Assembly (NCBI GenBank): GCA_963663165.1
Contig: OY760175.1
Span: 1,696,001 to 1,760,000, forward strand
DNA: 64,000 nt
Direction: 5' to 3'
Source of the DNA: an uncultured Desulfospira sp.
Lineage (GTDB): Bacteria; Desulfobacterota; Desulfobacteria; Desulfobacterales; Desulfobacteraceae
Part shown: positions 9,252 to 19,417 of the stretch, piece by piece
Layout of the letters: each line of letters begins with the position of its first letter
Numbering within the stretch: the first letter of the stretch is position 1
Notes under the pieces: generated by a model
Seen by the model: only the letters and a program-made list of their open reading frames with translations
Told to the model about the DNA's origin: nothing
Database searches by the model: none
Position numbers and translations under genes: made by a program

Positions 9252-11765
9252 TTAGACAAGGCCAACCCCGGCGTTAAAGGCGGCAAAGTTGCTGTCCCAT
9301 ATGGCCGGTTTGGGGCTGACGTTTTTCAAGGCCTTGAGCCAGACCTCTTTGGGTACCGTATTGAACGGGGCAAGGGTGCTCAATGCCCCGAGCATGACCA
9401 CGTTGGCGGTCTTGCCGGTGCTGTCCCCAAGGTCCATGGCTGTCTTTAAGACATCGGCCCGGACCACATCAAACCCCTTCAGGGCATTGTCAATGGCCTG
9501 GTCATCGGGGTAACCGGCCGGGTCCATGCCCTGGGGGACCACCTGGGTATTGGCCATGAGGACAGTGCCGCCGGGTTTGAGGCAGGAGATAAACCCGGGC
9601 CGCAGCACCTCGCTTTTTTCCATGACAATAAGGGCATCGGCCGTTCCGGGCAGGATCTGGGGACTGTAAACCTTGCCGCAGCCAAAGGTGGAGATAACCG
9701 GACCGCCCATCTGGGCCATGCCGTGGGTCTCGCCTTTAATCAGGTTCTGCTCGGCATAACCGGCCAGAAAGGCCATCTGGGCCAGAACCTTGCCGAAAAA
9801 CAGATTCCCCTGTCCCCCGACCCCGCGGATGGCAAGGCTGAGGCGGTCCGGGAGGCTTGAGGGGTCAATTTCCGGCAGATTGATTTCTCCAGGCGCTGCT
9901 TGGGCAGCCGGTCCGGCAGATGAGGCCATGGCGGACTTGGCCGCCTGGATCTCTTCGGGTGTGGCCACCCGGATGGCGCCGGCAGGGCACATCTGCAGGC
10001 AGGCCGGGGTGTTGGACACACAGCCGGAACACAGGTTGTTCCAGACCGGGTGGTTGTTTTCATCATATTCAATGCCCGCACAGAAATTGCAGATCCCGCA
10101 CTCTTTGCACTTGTCCGCATCCACAACCATTTTCTGTCCGTAAGCGGTCTTGGGCACCCGGCGGATGCAGGTTCCGTTAATGACAATGATGGTGAATTCG
10201 CCGCCTTCGGCTTTTTTCAAGGCATCCTTTAAGGCGGCCCGGATGGCCTTAAGGTCATAGGCGCCCACTTCAACCACACTTGCGCCCTCGCCCCGCAATG
10301 CATTGGCCAGGTTAAATTTATTTTCCTGCCCTTTATAATTGACCGGGGAGGCCGGGGAGTTCTGGCCGCCGGTCATGGCGGTCCACTCGTTGTCCAGCAC
10401 CACCTTGACCCCCGGGCTGTTCCGGTAAATGGCGTTCCGGGTGGCATCCATGCCCGAATGGCATTCGGTGGAATCCCCGATGACGGAGATGCACTTTGCC
10501 GCTGATTCCGGCTTGGAGGCGACATAACCGGTCCGTTTGCTTTCGCTGGCACCCATGCCCACGCCCGTGTCCATGGCGTTGAGAAAATACAGCAGGGCAT
10601 TGCAGCCGATATCCCCGAAAATGGCCTCAAGGGCTCCCCGGTTTTTCATTTTGGAAACCACCGCGCCAAACAGGGCATAGGGGCACCCCGCACAGATCAT
10701 GGGCGGCCGGGGCACCGGGGCTGTGGATACGGCAACAGATTCGGTCTGATGGCCAAGAAAGTCTGCCACCAGGGCCGGCGTGTATTCGGTAAGGGTGCTT
10801 TGGAATGGCTTTCCAATGACTGAAAGCCCTGCCTGCATACAGGCTTCCTCAATAAAGCGGAACCCGTCCTCAACCACATAGACATCCCCGTCAATGCGGT
10901 CACAAAAAGACTTGATCAGGTTCATGGGCAGGGGATTGGTGAATGCCAGGGACAGAATGTCCAGGTCCGGTTCAAACCGCTCCCTGTACTCTTCCACAAA
11001 AAGGGTGTTGACCCCGTGGGTAATAACCCCTTTTTTGCCCGCCCCTTTGGTCCACTGGTTTAAGGGGGATTCTTCCACCATTTTGATCAGCCCCGGCACC
11101 CGTTCAGCCTGGATCCGGTCGTAACTGGCCCTGGCCATGACCGGCAGGCAGTTAAAGGCATGCAGGTCCCCCATTTTCACAGGATCACGGCGCTGCTCTG
11201 CCATGAGGGAGATCAATCCTTCACTGTGGCACAGGATGCCTGAGGCCAGGATGACCGTGGAGGTGTTGAACTGCCTGGCAATTTTTACGGCAACGGCGGC
11301 GGCTTCGTGCATTTCCTGGTGGTTCCGGGGTTCAAATACCGGCATAAAGCAGCTTTTGAACAGATATTTGGGGTCAATAACATGCTGGGTGGAACTCGGG
11401 GTAAAATCCGAGGCCAAAAAATAGATCAGGGCGCCCCGTTCCTGGGTAAAACAGGATGCACTGGTCACGATATCCCCGGCCTGGAACAGTCCCGGGATTT
11501 TCATGGTGACCACACAGTCCCGGCCGGCCAGGGAGTGGCCGTGCCCCACGCCGGCAGCCACGGCTTCACTCACGGACCAGTTGGCCTCGATCAGGTCCTG
11601 AACCTGGGAAAGCCCCCGGTCCAGCACTTCGGTACTCGGCGTGCCCGGATACCCGTCAACCGCATGAATGCCGGCCCTGACACAGCCGACGGCAAAGGCG
11701 ATATTGCCCTGGAGGACATGGGGTTTGCCGGGTTTGTCCGTACACATTTGTCTGATGGCGTTCAT
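9252..11765 (-). CDS. Indolepyruvate:ferredoxin oxidoreductase, fused alpha-beta (IorAB) polypeptide
   Basis: GYPGTPSTE, RPPMICAGCP, GDIGC, GDS...DN-W-TAMTGGQ, ferredoxin CKECGIC...CLQMCP, followed by an IorB-type domain GVGGQG...ETHGMAQMGG in the same frame. Confidence 0.9.
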   Translation of the reverse strand: MNAIRQMCTDKPGKPHVLQGNIAFAVGCVRAGIHAVDGYPGTPSTEVLDRGLSQVQDLIEANWSVSEAVAAGVGHGHSLAGRDCVVTMKIPGLFQAGDIVTSASCFTQERGALIYFLASDFTPSSTQHVIDPKYLFKSCFMPVFEPRNHQEMHEAAAVAVKIARQFNTSTVILASGILCHSEGLISLMAEQRRDPVKMGDLHAFNCLPVMARASYDRIQAERVPGLIKMVEESPLNQWTKGAGKKGVITHGVNTLFVEEYRERFEPDLDILSLAFTNPLPMNLIKSFCDRIDGDVYVVEDGFRFIEEACMQAGLSVIGKPFQSTLTEYTPALVADFLGHQTESVAVSTAPVPRPPMICAGCPYALFGAVVSKMKNRGALEAIFGDIGCNALLYFLNAMDTGVGMGASESKRTGYVASKPESAAKCISVIGDSTECHSGMDATRNAIYRNSPGVKVVLDNEWTAMTGGQNSPASPVNYKGQENKFNLANALRGEGASVVEVGAYDLKAIRAALKDALKKAEGGEFTIIVINGTCIRRVPKTAYGQKMVVDADKCKECGICNFCAGIEYDENNHPVWNNLCSGCVSNTPACLQMCPAGAIRVATPEEIQAAKSAMASSAGPAAQAAPGEINLPEIDPSSLPDRLSLAIRGVGGQGNLFFGKVLAQMAFLAGYAEQNLIKGETHGMAQMGGPVISTFGCGKVYSPQILPGTADALIVMEKSEVLRPGFISCLKPGGTVLMANTQVVPQGMDPAGYPDDQAIDNALKGFDVVRADVLKTAMDLGDSTGKTANVVMLGALSTLAPFNTVPKEVWLKALKNVSPKPAIWDSNFAAFNAGVGLV

Positions 11766-11805
11766 TGATATCTCCTTATTAAAATTAGATGTATAGTTTA
11801 TATAT

Positions 11806-13890
11806 TTAAGTTAAAATCCTGGCATCTACGACATAAAGGTTATCTTCCACCCCTTTGACCGGATTCAAATCCAGTTCCTTAATCACGGGAAAATCCGTTA
11901 CCAGCCGTGCCGTGCGGGCCAGGGTCATGGCCAGGGTGTCAATACAGACCCCGGGCTCTCCCCTCACCCCTTCAAGAATGGCATAGGAACGGATCTTTTG
12001 AATCATCTGGGTTGCCTCTTCCAGACTCAGCGGTGTTTCAGGGGTGGACAGGGCAAAGCTGACATCTTTGAGAACCTCGGCATGAATCCCCCCAAGGCCG
12101 AACATGATCAGCTGGCCGAATCCGGGATCGTTCACTGTGCCCATGATGATCTCAGGCCCGCTGACCATGGTCTGGAGCATCACCCCTCTGGCATCGGGGA
12201 TGGCCATCAGTTCCTGCCAGGCTTTCACGGCTTTTTCCGGGGTATCAATATGGAGCCTGACACCGCCCACATCGGTTTTGTGCAGGGGGCCGTCCACCTT
12301 CATGGCCAGGGGAAAGCCCATGGCCTTGCAGGCAGGTTCCAGCTGATCTTCAGCGGCAATGACCTGCTGCCCGGGAAGGGGAAAGCCGGACGCCTTGAGT
12401 ACCTGTTTGGTCAAATCTGACGACAGTGCCCCGGTCTGGCCGGACAGCAAGGATTCCAACGCACCACGGTCATAGCCGGACAGATCGGTTGCTTTATTCC
12501 GGAGCCGCGGCCGGTTGACGATCCTGCCAAAAGCCCTGCCTGCCGGCACCTCATCCAGAAAGTAAACCTTTCCCTGCCGGGCCCAGCCGTTTAGATAGTC
12601 CGCACAGGTGGTGGCCGAAGACAGAACCGGGAAAATGGGAATGGGACAGGTCTTTTTGGCCTCCTGAACGGCATCGTAAATCTGCCCGTTGTCGGACAGC
12701 CCTGAATTGCCGGACAGGAAAAAAGCCGCGTCCAGATTTCCGGCCTCTTTTTCACCGAGAATCTCAAACACGGATTTCAGCTGTTCGGCGGTCCGGCTGG
12801 GCAGGCAGTCAATGGGATTTTTAAGGGATGCCTGGGGGGGCAGCACCTGCCCAAGGGCTTCAAGTGTGTCCTCAGAAAACGAAGGCAGGCAGACGCCGTT
12901 TTTTTCAAGTTCGTCGGTGAGCATCACGCCGGGGCCGCCGGCATCGGTGATAATGCAGGCCCGGCTGCCTTTGGGCAGCCGGTTCATGGAGCTTAAGGCG
13001 CAGGCGGTTTCAATCAGGTCAATCTTTGAGGCCACCCGGATAATGCCGGCCTTGTCAAACAGGGCCTGGACCGTATGGTCGGCGGTGGCCATGGCCCCGG
13101 TATGGGAGGCAGCGGCCCTGGCCCCGGCCCGGGAAACACCGGATTTAATGCCGGCAAGGGTACACCCCTTCCGGATCAGGCTCCGGGCATGTCGCAGCAG
13201 CTTCAGGGGCTTGTTCACGGCTTCCATGTATAGCAGGATGATTTTTGAACTGTCCGGCCCGTGGTTTTCATCAAGAAGTTCGAGCATGTCTTCCACCCCG
13301 AGCTGGATGGAATTGCCCATGTTGACCACATGGCTGAACTTAAGCCCCCTGGTCTGGGCCTGTTCCATAAAATAGTCCACGGTGGCACCGGACCCGGAAA
13401 CGAAATCAATGGTGCCGGGTGACAGATCCGGGAGGATACCGGCAAACTTGCCGGCATACACCGGGGTCAGAAACCCGGAGCAGTTGGGGCCGACAATGGC
13501 CATATCATGGGCTTTGGCCGTGTCAAGGATCTGTTGTTCCACGGCCTTTCCCTCGGGAGAGACTTCCCCGAACCCGGCGGTCAATATAATGGTGGCCCGG
13601 TTTCCTTTCCGGCCAAGGGCATCCACCGTGTCCAGTACAAAAGGGGCCGGAATGGCGATCAGGGCCAGGTCCGGGGCATGGGGAAGGGATTCAATATCGG
13701 CATAGGCCGGTTTATCCATAATCTGGGATTCTTTGGGATTGATTGGCCAGAGTTCTCCGTTATAGCCGCTGATCAGGATATTTTCAAACACCCGCCCCCC
13801 GGGTTTCAGACGGTTTTTGCTGGCGCCGATAACGGCAATACTTCTGGGTTGAAACAGATTCTTAAACATCTCATTGGTGTCCACCATCAC
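11806..13890 (-). CDS. ADP-forming acyl-CoA synthetase (acetate-CoA ligase family, fused alpha/beta)
   Basis: PRSIAVIGAS, GPNCSG, SHTGAMA (phospho-His), NPID, HKTDVGGV and ELDLNP ATP-grasp motifs. Confidence 0.92.
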   Translation of the reverse strand: MMVDTNEMFKNLFQPRSIAVIGASKNRLKPGGRVFENILISGYNGELWPINPKESQIMDKPAYADIESLPHAPDLALIAIPAPFVLDTVDALGRKGNRATIILTAGFGEVSPEGKAVEQQILDTAKAHDMAIVGPNCSGFLTPVYAGKFAGILPDLSPGTIDFVSGSGATVDYFMEQAQTRGLKFSHVVNMGNSIQLGVEDMLELLDENHGPDSSKIILLYMEAVNKPLKLLRHARSLIRKGCTLAGIKSGVSRAGARAAASHTGAMATADHTVQALFDKAGIIRVASKIDLIETACALSSMNRLPKGSRACIITDAGGPGVMLTDELEKNGVCLPSFSEDTLEALGQVLPPQASLKNPIDCLPSRTAEQLKSVFEILGEKEAGNLDAAFFLSGNSGLSDNGQIYDAVQEAKKTCPIPIFPVLSSATTCADYLNGWARQGKVYFLDEVPAGRAFGRIVNRPRLRNKATDLSGYDRGALESLLSGQTGALSSDLTKQVLKASGFPLPGQQVIAAEDQLEPACKAMGFPLAMKVDGPLHKTDVGGVRLHIDTPEKAVKAWQELMAIPDARGVMLQTMVSGPEIIMGTVNDPGFGQLIMFGLGGIHAEVLKDVSFALSTPETPLSLEEATQMIQKIRSYAILEGVRGEPGVCIDTLAMTLARTARLVTDFPVIKELDLNPVKGVEDNLYVVDARILT

Positions 13891-14004
13891 TACTCCCCTG
13901 GTATCAATTATTAAACTGTTCTAATCAACTGTCCTGATAAACTGTTCATCGGCCCCCCGGATTTGCGCCCCGGCTTCGGGCCGGCTGTATCGAATGGTTT
14001 ATTT

Positions 14005-14018
14005 TTCTGCATACAGAA
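14005..14018. promoter_or_regulatory. Palindromic operator copy 1 (TTCTG-CATA-CAGAA), candidate IclR site
   Basis: Identical core to the copy at 14518-14535. Lies upstream of the acyl-CoA ligase gene. Confidence 0.6.
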
Positions 14019-14139
14019 CCTTTTTTTGTATTCTGGAAAACACCCTAATATGGTTTATTGAAGCTTGTCAAGGTCTTTTTTTTTGCTAAGAAACATCCTG
14101 TCTTCAGTGGGTTGGGAGGAGGATGTATATTGTTGAGAC

Positions 14140-14471
14140 GTGGGACTTGGGATATGGGGCAGCAAGGGGTTCTCAATGTATGGAATGCTTTTCTCCTTGC
14201 TCTGTCATCCTAAAATCGAGGGCTTCGCCCTCTTTTTTTATATTCTCACGCAAAGGCGCTAAGGCGCAAAGAATACTATTGCCCAAGGGAAGTTAAGCTT
14301 TGCGCCGTTGCGCCTTTGCGTGAGTTTTTTTTAAAGCGTTGCCCACCATTGTCCATAAAACATGTTGTTTGTGAGGGGTAAATCAAACGGGCCATGCTAA
14401 CTACCGGCTTGGGACTTGGGGAGGCCACGGACCCTGCAATCCCCAAGCCCCAAGTCCCATATCCCAAGTCC
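14140..14471. repeat. Intergenic REP-like / heptamer inverted repeats
   Basis: GGGACTTGGGATATGGGG (~14142) versus CCCCAAGTCCCATATCCCAAGTCC (~14448-14471), and CTCACGCAAAGGCGCTAAGGCGCAAAG versus CTTTGCGCCGTTGCGCCTTTGCGTGAG. Confidence 0.7.
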
Positions 14472-14517
14472 ATTTTATTGGAAATCTAATATTGAGGCCG
14501 GCATTTTTAGATAAAAC

Positions 14518-14535
14518 TTTTCTGCATACAGAAAA
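14518..14535. promoter_or_regulatory. Palindromic operator copy 2 (TTTTCTG-CATA-CAGAAAA), candidate IclR site
   Basis: Perfect 7-bp arms, about 70 bp upstream of the B3/4-IclR unit. Confidence 0.6.
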
Positions 14536-14602
14536 ATGATCTTGTATTTCCCCCAGCCATGATATACCCTGCCACCGGATATCAAACAAAAAAGGAGTTA
14601 TT

Positions 14603-15307
14603 TTGAGGCAGATCATTGTTCAGGATTCTATTTTTGAAATGTTCCCCGAGTTTTACAGAGGGATTATCATTATAAACGATTTCACCAACCATCCCTCTTT
14701 AAAACGGGTGCGCAAGGAACTCAAAAAAGCCGTAGATGAACAGGCCGGCATTGATATTGCCGCTGACGAACGGCTTACAGTATGGGACAAAGCCCACAGG
14801 GAATTTGGTTCCAACCCCAATAAGTTTTTGCCCTCCATTAAATCTTTGCTCAAACGGCTCCAGAAAAATCCGGCCCTGCCCTACATCAACACGGCGGTGG
14901 CCCTGTTCAACTATATCTCCATTAAATACTGCCTGCCCTGCGGCGGGGACGATACCGCCTGCATAGAGGGGGATCTGGTTCTAGGGGTATCGGACGGAAC
15001 CGAATCCTTTCTGGCTTTAGGATCAGATAAAGAAGAAAGCCCGGTGCCCGGCGAGGTGATTTATTTTGACAGCCTCACCAAAAATGTCATGTGCCGCCGC
15101 TGGAACTGGCGCAACGGGGATAAAACCAAAATTACGGAAGACAGCCGGCAGCTGGTCATCAACATTGACTGCATGCTGGAAAACGGCCGGCAGGCCGCCA
15201 ATGAGGCCAGGGATGAAATGGCCGCGCTGCTCAAAGAGCATTGCAATGCCGATCTTGTCACGGATGCCCTGCATGCAGACAGGCCCAAGATCGAAATCGC
15301 CATATGA
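14603..15307 (+). CDS. Stand-alone B3/4 domain protein (PheRS beta editing-domain homolog)
   Basis: WDKAHREFGSNPNKFLPSIKSLLKR, LPYINTAVALFNYIS, GGDD, MCRRWNWR. TTG start after AAGGAG. Confidence 0.88.
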   Translation: MRQIIVQDSIFEMFPEFYRGIIIINDFTNHPSLKRVRKELKKAVDEQAGIDIAADERLTVWDKAHREFGSNPNKFLPSIKSLLKRLQKNPALPYINTAVALFNYISIKYCLPCGGDDTACIEGDLVLGVSDGTESFLALGSDKEESPVPGEVIYFDSLTKNVMCRRWNWRNGDKTKITEDSRQLVINIDCMLENGRQAANEARDEMAALLKEHCNADLVTDALHADRPKIEIAI

Positions 15308-15309
15308 AA

Positions 15310-15380
15310 TTAGCTGTCAGCTGTTAGCTATAAGCGTGTTGCCTTTCACCAAATGGCTAACCGCTAATGGCTAACCGCTC
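15310..15380. repeat. Heptamer tandem repeats in inverted arrangement (TAGCTGT / GCTAACC type)
   Basis: tagctgtcagctgttagctataagc ... gctaaccgctaatggctaaccgct. Same family as 23370-23446. Confidence 0.6.
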
Positions 15381-15402
15381 TCATATGAAAGGACAGAATG
15401 CC

Positions 15403-16203
15403 ATGACACCCGCAGATACCCCCCGGAACAATCAACCGGATGAAAAAAAAAGCCGCTATAAATCCACGGTTCCGGCCGTGGATCAGTGCATGCAGGTCCT
15501 GAACTGCCTGGCCGAATCGCCCCGCCGGCAGCTAAGCCTTTCTGAAATCTGTGATATGGCCGGCATTCATAAGAGCCGGGGGTACACCATCCTCAATACC
15601 CTCATGGCCCACAACTTCATTGAAAAAAACCCCCACACCAAGGTGTACAAGTTAGGCATAGGCATTGTCTCTTTGGCAAGAAACGTCCTCAATGACCTCA
15701 ACCTTGGGGACATTGTCAACCCCCACCTTCAAACCCTGGCCCGAAACACGGATGCCACGGCCCATTACGGCGTCATCTCCGGTAACCGGTTTTATATTGT
15801 GGCAAAGGAGGAAAGCTCCGACACCTTTGGATATACCATGCGTCTGGGGATTCAGCACCACCTGACCCACGGCGCCCACGGCAAGGCCATTGTGGCGCTC
15901 ATGCCCGAAAAGGACAGGGAACAGATCCTGGCGGCCGAGCCCCTTTGCTTTTACGGCGACGGCAAGCCCGTAGACTTAGATTATTTAAAAGAAGAATTTG
16001 AGACCATACGGGAATTAGGCTATGCCGTAGATCTTGGGGAGACAAATCCCAATATCACCTGCATCAGTGCACCGGTCACCAACCTTGAGGGAAAGCTGGC
16101 CGGGGCCATTGTTCTGATCGGGGTGTTTCAGCGCGCCAGGGTCAAAACCTTTGGCCCCATGGTGGTGGAGGCTGCCCGGCGAGTATCCGAGAGAATGATT
16201 TAA
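15403..16203 (+). CDS. IclR family transcriptional regulator
   Basis: VPAVDQ...LSLSEI...HKSRGYTILNTL HTH, GAHGKA, GYAVD-GE...CISAPV. Start likely ATG 15403. Confidence 0.92.
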   Translation: MTPADTPRNNQPDEKKSRYKSTVPAVDQCMQVLNCLAESPRRQLSLSEICDMAGIHKSRGYTILNTLMAHNFIEKNPHTKVYKLGIGIVSLARNVLNDLNLGDIVNPHLQTLARNTDATAHYGVISGNRFYIVAKEESSDTFGYTMRLGIQHHLTHGAHGKAIVALMPEKDREQILAAEPLCFYGDGKPVDLDYLKEEFETIRELGYAVDLGETNPNITCISAPVTNLEGKLAGAIVLIGVFQRARVKTFGPMVVEAARRVSERMI

Positions 16204-16248
16204 TTCTTTCAAAACGAACCGGGGTTTCTTAACCCGGATATATCCGGG

Positions 16249-19242
16249 TCAAACAGCACCGGGACATGAAATACGATTACGCCCCTCCGCTTTGGATTTG
16301 TAGAGCATCTCATCGGTCTTTTTCACCATTTCATCAAAGGATTCAACGCCATCAGAGTAATGGGCCACCCCCAGGCTCAAGGTCAGTTTCAGATGGCCGC
16401 CGCCCTTTACCCCAAAGGTCTTTTTTTCAAAAATAGAGCGAATCTTGTCGGCCACCGGAATGGCGCCCTTAAGGCCGGTCCCGGGAAGGATGATCATAAA
16501 TTCATCCCCGCCATACCTTCCCGGAATATCGATTGCCCTAAGATTTTTCCGGATAATGGAAGACACCTGTTTTAACACCCTGTCTCCGATATCATGGCCA
16601 TACCTGTCATTGACCTCTTTGAAATAGTCGATATCTATCATGATAACGGACAGACTACCCTTTTTACGCCTTACCGTTTCAAATTCCCGTTTTCCGAAAT
16701 CCATGAAATATCTTCGGTTGTAAAGCCCTGTCAAGGGATCGATATTGGCCAGCCGCGCATTTTCAATGGCTCTGGCCGCAGCGTCTTTCAAGGAAAGATG
16801 AATATCAATTTTGGCAGACAGTTCGGTTTTGTCCACTGGTTTTACGATATAATCATTGGCCCCTACTTCAAAGGCGGTGACAATGTCGCCGGGTTGATTT
16901 TTTGCCGTTAGAAATATGATGGGCAGTTCAAACGTGGTGTAATTTTCCCTTAGCTTCCGGCAAACCTCATACCCGGACATTCTCGGCATCATGATATCCA
17001 GAAGGACAAGGTCATACCTGCAGGTTTTAACTCTTTCCAGGGCCAGACGCCCGCTTGGTACAAATTCAGCCCCCAGTTTTTTTACGCCCAGATAGTTGAG
17101 CAGAACCTGGCCGTTTATGGCCTCGTCATCAACGACGAGCACTTTTTCCGAACGTTCACAGATGCGGATATCGGGCAAGAAACCACAGGCGTCGGGAAAA
17201 GGCAGAATGCCGCTTAAAGGCGTTGGATCAAACCGGAACCCTTCAGCTTTTCTCTCATTGGCAGCCGCCTGTGGAAAGGTAAATATAAAACTGGCGCCCT
17301 TGCCCGGTTCTGATTCAACCCGGATATTCCCTTCGTGTAATTCCACCAGTTTTTTAGTGATGGGAAGCCCCAGCCCGGTTCCTTTGTATTCCCGTTCAAT
17401 AGAACCGTCACCCTGCTCAAACGATTTGAAAATTCGCTCTTTTAATGAAGGGTTTATCCCCATCCCCGAATCCTCAACCCGGATCTCCATTGTGCTTGCC
17501 CCGGGGCCTGTCCCCGGGGTGGCACTGACCCTGACATAGCCTTTTTCCGTATACTTTACACCGTTGCCGATGAGATTATACAAAATCTGCTGAAGTCTGT
17601 TTTCATCGCCGTAAGCAAAGGGCATGTCTTCGGGGATATCATTTATTAAATGGATGGCCTTATTTGGCGTGGTGGATTTTATAACGGTCATGACAACCAG
17701 GACCATCCGCCTTAAATCCAGGGGTTTTTTAGAAATCAGGATATCGTTGTTCCTGAGCTTGGAAAAGTCCAGGACATCGTTGATAAGCGTTGAAAGCCGC
17801 TTTCCGCTTGAGGCAATAAGGCCAAGGTTCTGGCGGGCTTCTCCGGACAGAGGCCCGGCCGCACCGTTGATCAATGACTCGGCAATGCCAATGATACCGT
17901 TGATTGGGGTTCTCAATTCATGGGAGGTGTTGGCAAGGAATTCATCTTTGAGGCGGTCAACAACCTTGAGTTTTTCAGACAGCAGGGCAACGGTCCGATG
18001 CTCCCGTGAAAATTTGATGGCCAGCATGAGGGACTCGACCAAAATGAACCCAAGAAAAAACAAGGCCAGGTAATACCCTGTATTGATCAGCTGCAGATAG
18101 TGCAGCATGTCATTGACAACCCCGGCGGCCAGGACCATGCTCCCGGATAAAAAGAGAATAGAGTACGCTGCTTTGTTCCCAATGGCCTTCAAATTAATGT
18201 AAAGGATAAACAAAACGCTGACCGCCACCATTGCCAGGTAATATTTGAACATAGCGGAGTAAGCCATTGTAGATAAAAAAGGGATACAGCCGGCATAAAG
18301 AACATGCACCGCCGTTATTAGCCAGAAGAGGGGCCAGGGAAAATCTTTTTTAAAAAAATAGGCGGTAAACAGCTGAAACGAGATAACACAACAGGGAATG
18401 GTGGCTGTGGCAAGCCGTGATCCGGTTGAAAAGGTCAGGTCAGGGATTATCCAGGAAATCAATGTATTGCCCGTGAATACGGTTCTAAGGGCAAGCATAA
18501 AACAAAACAAACCAAAATAAAGCAGCTCCTTTTCTTTTTGCCGGAACAAAAAGATGATGGTGTGGTAAACTCCGGCAAACAGGCAGATGGAGATCAGCAT
18601 GATCTCCATGGACGTGCTGATCATGAACTTGCGATACACTTGTTTTTCCGTACCCAGAATAAAACTTTGGGCAATGCCCGCGTTTCCATGAAGCCGGTTT
18701 CTTATTTGCAGAACAATTTCCACATCACCTGTATCAGAGGAAAAGGCCAGGATGTCCGGTTTAAGGAACCGGATCGGCTCGTCCGGCAAGATACCGTTCT
18801 GCCGGACCACCCCCCCATTGATCCACAGGCGGTATTCAGTAAACAGTTCCGGGGTCTGCAATGCCAGGCCCCTTTTTTTTTCGGATGTTTTTACAATAAG
18901 CCGGTAAGTGGCACACCCCGCAGCCGAAAAGCTATGGCGAGAATAGGTTGTCCAGAAGCGGGGAACCGGATAAAAAGCGGTCAGGTCAGGATCGGTCCAC
19001 TCCCCTGAATCAGGCCCGAGAAGCCTGTTCCAGCGAAACTGCCAGTTACCGTCAAGTTTAACCGGCCCGGTTTTTTGCAAATCCATGCCTCTTAAGTCTA
19101 AAACCCCGCTGACGATTTCCAGCCCTTCCCCGCTATGGCTCCCGGCCCATACCCTGGGGCCGGGCAGACCCGTGGCAATGGAAATTGCAATTGCCAAAAT
19201 TATTATTTGCAATTTTAAGGAACTCAGAACATCTATCATCAT
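16249..19242 (-). CDS. 7TM-DISM sensor hybrid histidine kinase with REC and C-terminal GGDEF domains
   Basis: LDGNWQFRW extracellular domain, 7TM region, H-box SHELRTP, NLIGNGVKY, GTGLGL, REC DIMMP, DPLTGLYNRR...RYGGDEF. Confidence 0.9.
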   Translation of the reverse strand: MMIDVLSSLKLQIIILAIAISIATGLPGPRVWAGSHSGEGLEIVSGVLDLRGMDLQKTGPVKLDGNWQFRWNRLLGPDSGEWTDPDLTAFYPVPRFWTTYSRHSFSAAGCATYRLIVKTSEKKRGLALQTPELFTEYRLWINGGVVRQNGILPDEPIRFLKPDILAFSSDTGDVEIVLQIRNRLHGNAGIAQSFILGTEKQVYRKFMISTSMEIMLISICLFAGVYHTIIFLFRQKEKELLYFGLFCFMLALRTVFTGNTLISWIIPDLTFSTGSRLATATIPCCVISFQLFTAYFFKKDFPWPLFWLITAVHVLYAGCIPFLSTMAYSAMFKYYLAMVAVSVLFILYINLKAIGNKAAYSILFLSGSMVLAAGVVNDMLHYLQLINTGYYLALFFLGFILVESLMLAIKFSREHRTVALLSEKLKVVDRLKDEFLANTSHELRTPINGIIGIAESLINGAAGPLSGEARQNLGLIASSGKRLSTLINDVLDFSKLRNNDILISKKPLDLRRMVLVVMTVIKSTTPNKAIHLINDIPEDMPFAYGDENRLQQILYNLIGNGVKYTEKGYVRVSATPGTGPGASTMEIRVEDSGMGINPSLKERIFKSFEQGDGSIEREYKGTGLGLPITKKLVELHEGNIRVESEPGKGASFIFTFPQAAANERKAEGFRFDPTPLSGILPFPDACGFLPDIRICERSEKVLVVDDEAINGQVLLNYLGVKKLGAEFVPSGRLALERVKTCRYDLVLLDIMMPRMSGYEVCRKLRENYTTFELPIIFLTAKNQPGDIVTAFEVGANDYIVKPVDKTELSAKIDIHLSLKDAAARAIENARLANIDPLTGLYNRRYFMDFGKREFETVRRKKGSLSVIMIDIDYFKEVNDRYGHDIGDRVLKQVSSIIRKNLRAIDIPGRYGGDEFMIILPGTGLKGAIPVADKIRSIFEKKTFGVKGGGHLKLTLSLGVAHYSDGVESFDEMVKKTDEMLYKSKAEGRNRISCPGAV

Positions 19243-19417
19243 AGATAAAACTCGTCAGATGGAGGACATTTATTTTTTCTTAAGCAAACCTTTAGCGCTT
19301 CCTTTTTTCACTTGTACAGTCAAGATCAGTTCTGGGGTACAACAAAAGAGATAAAAAAACAATAGCCTGAAGCGGTTTTAAAAAGGACGACACAAGTACG
19401 GGCCACTGAAACCGGAT

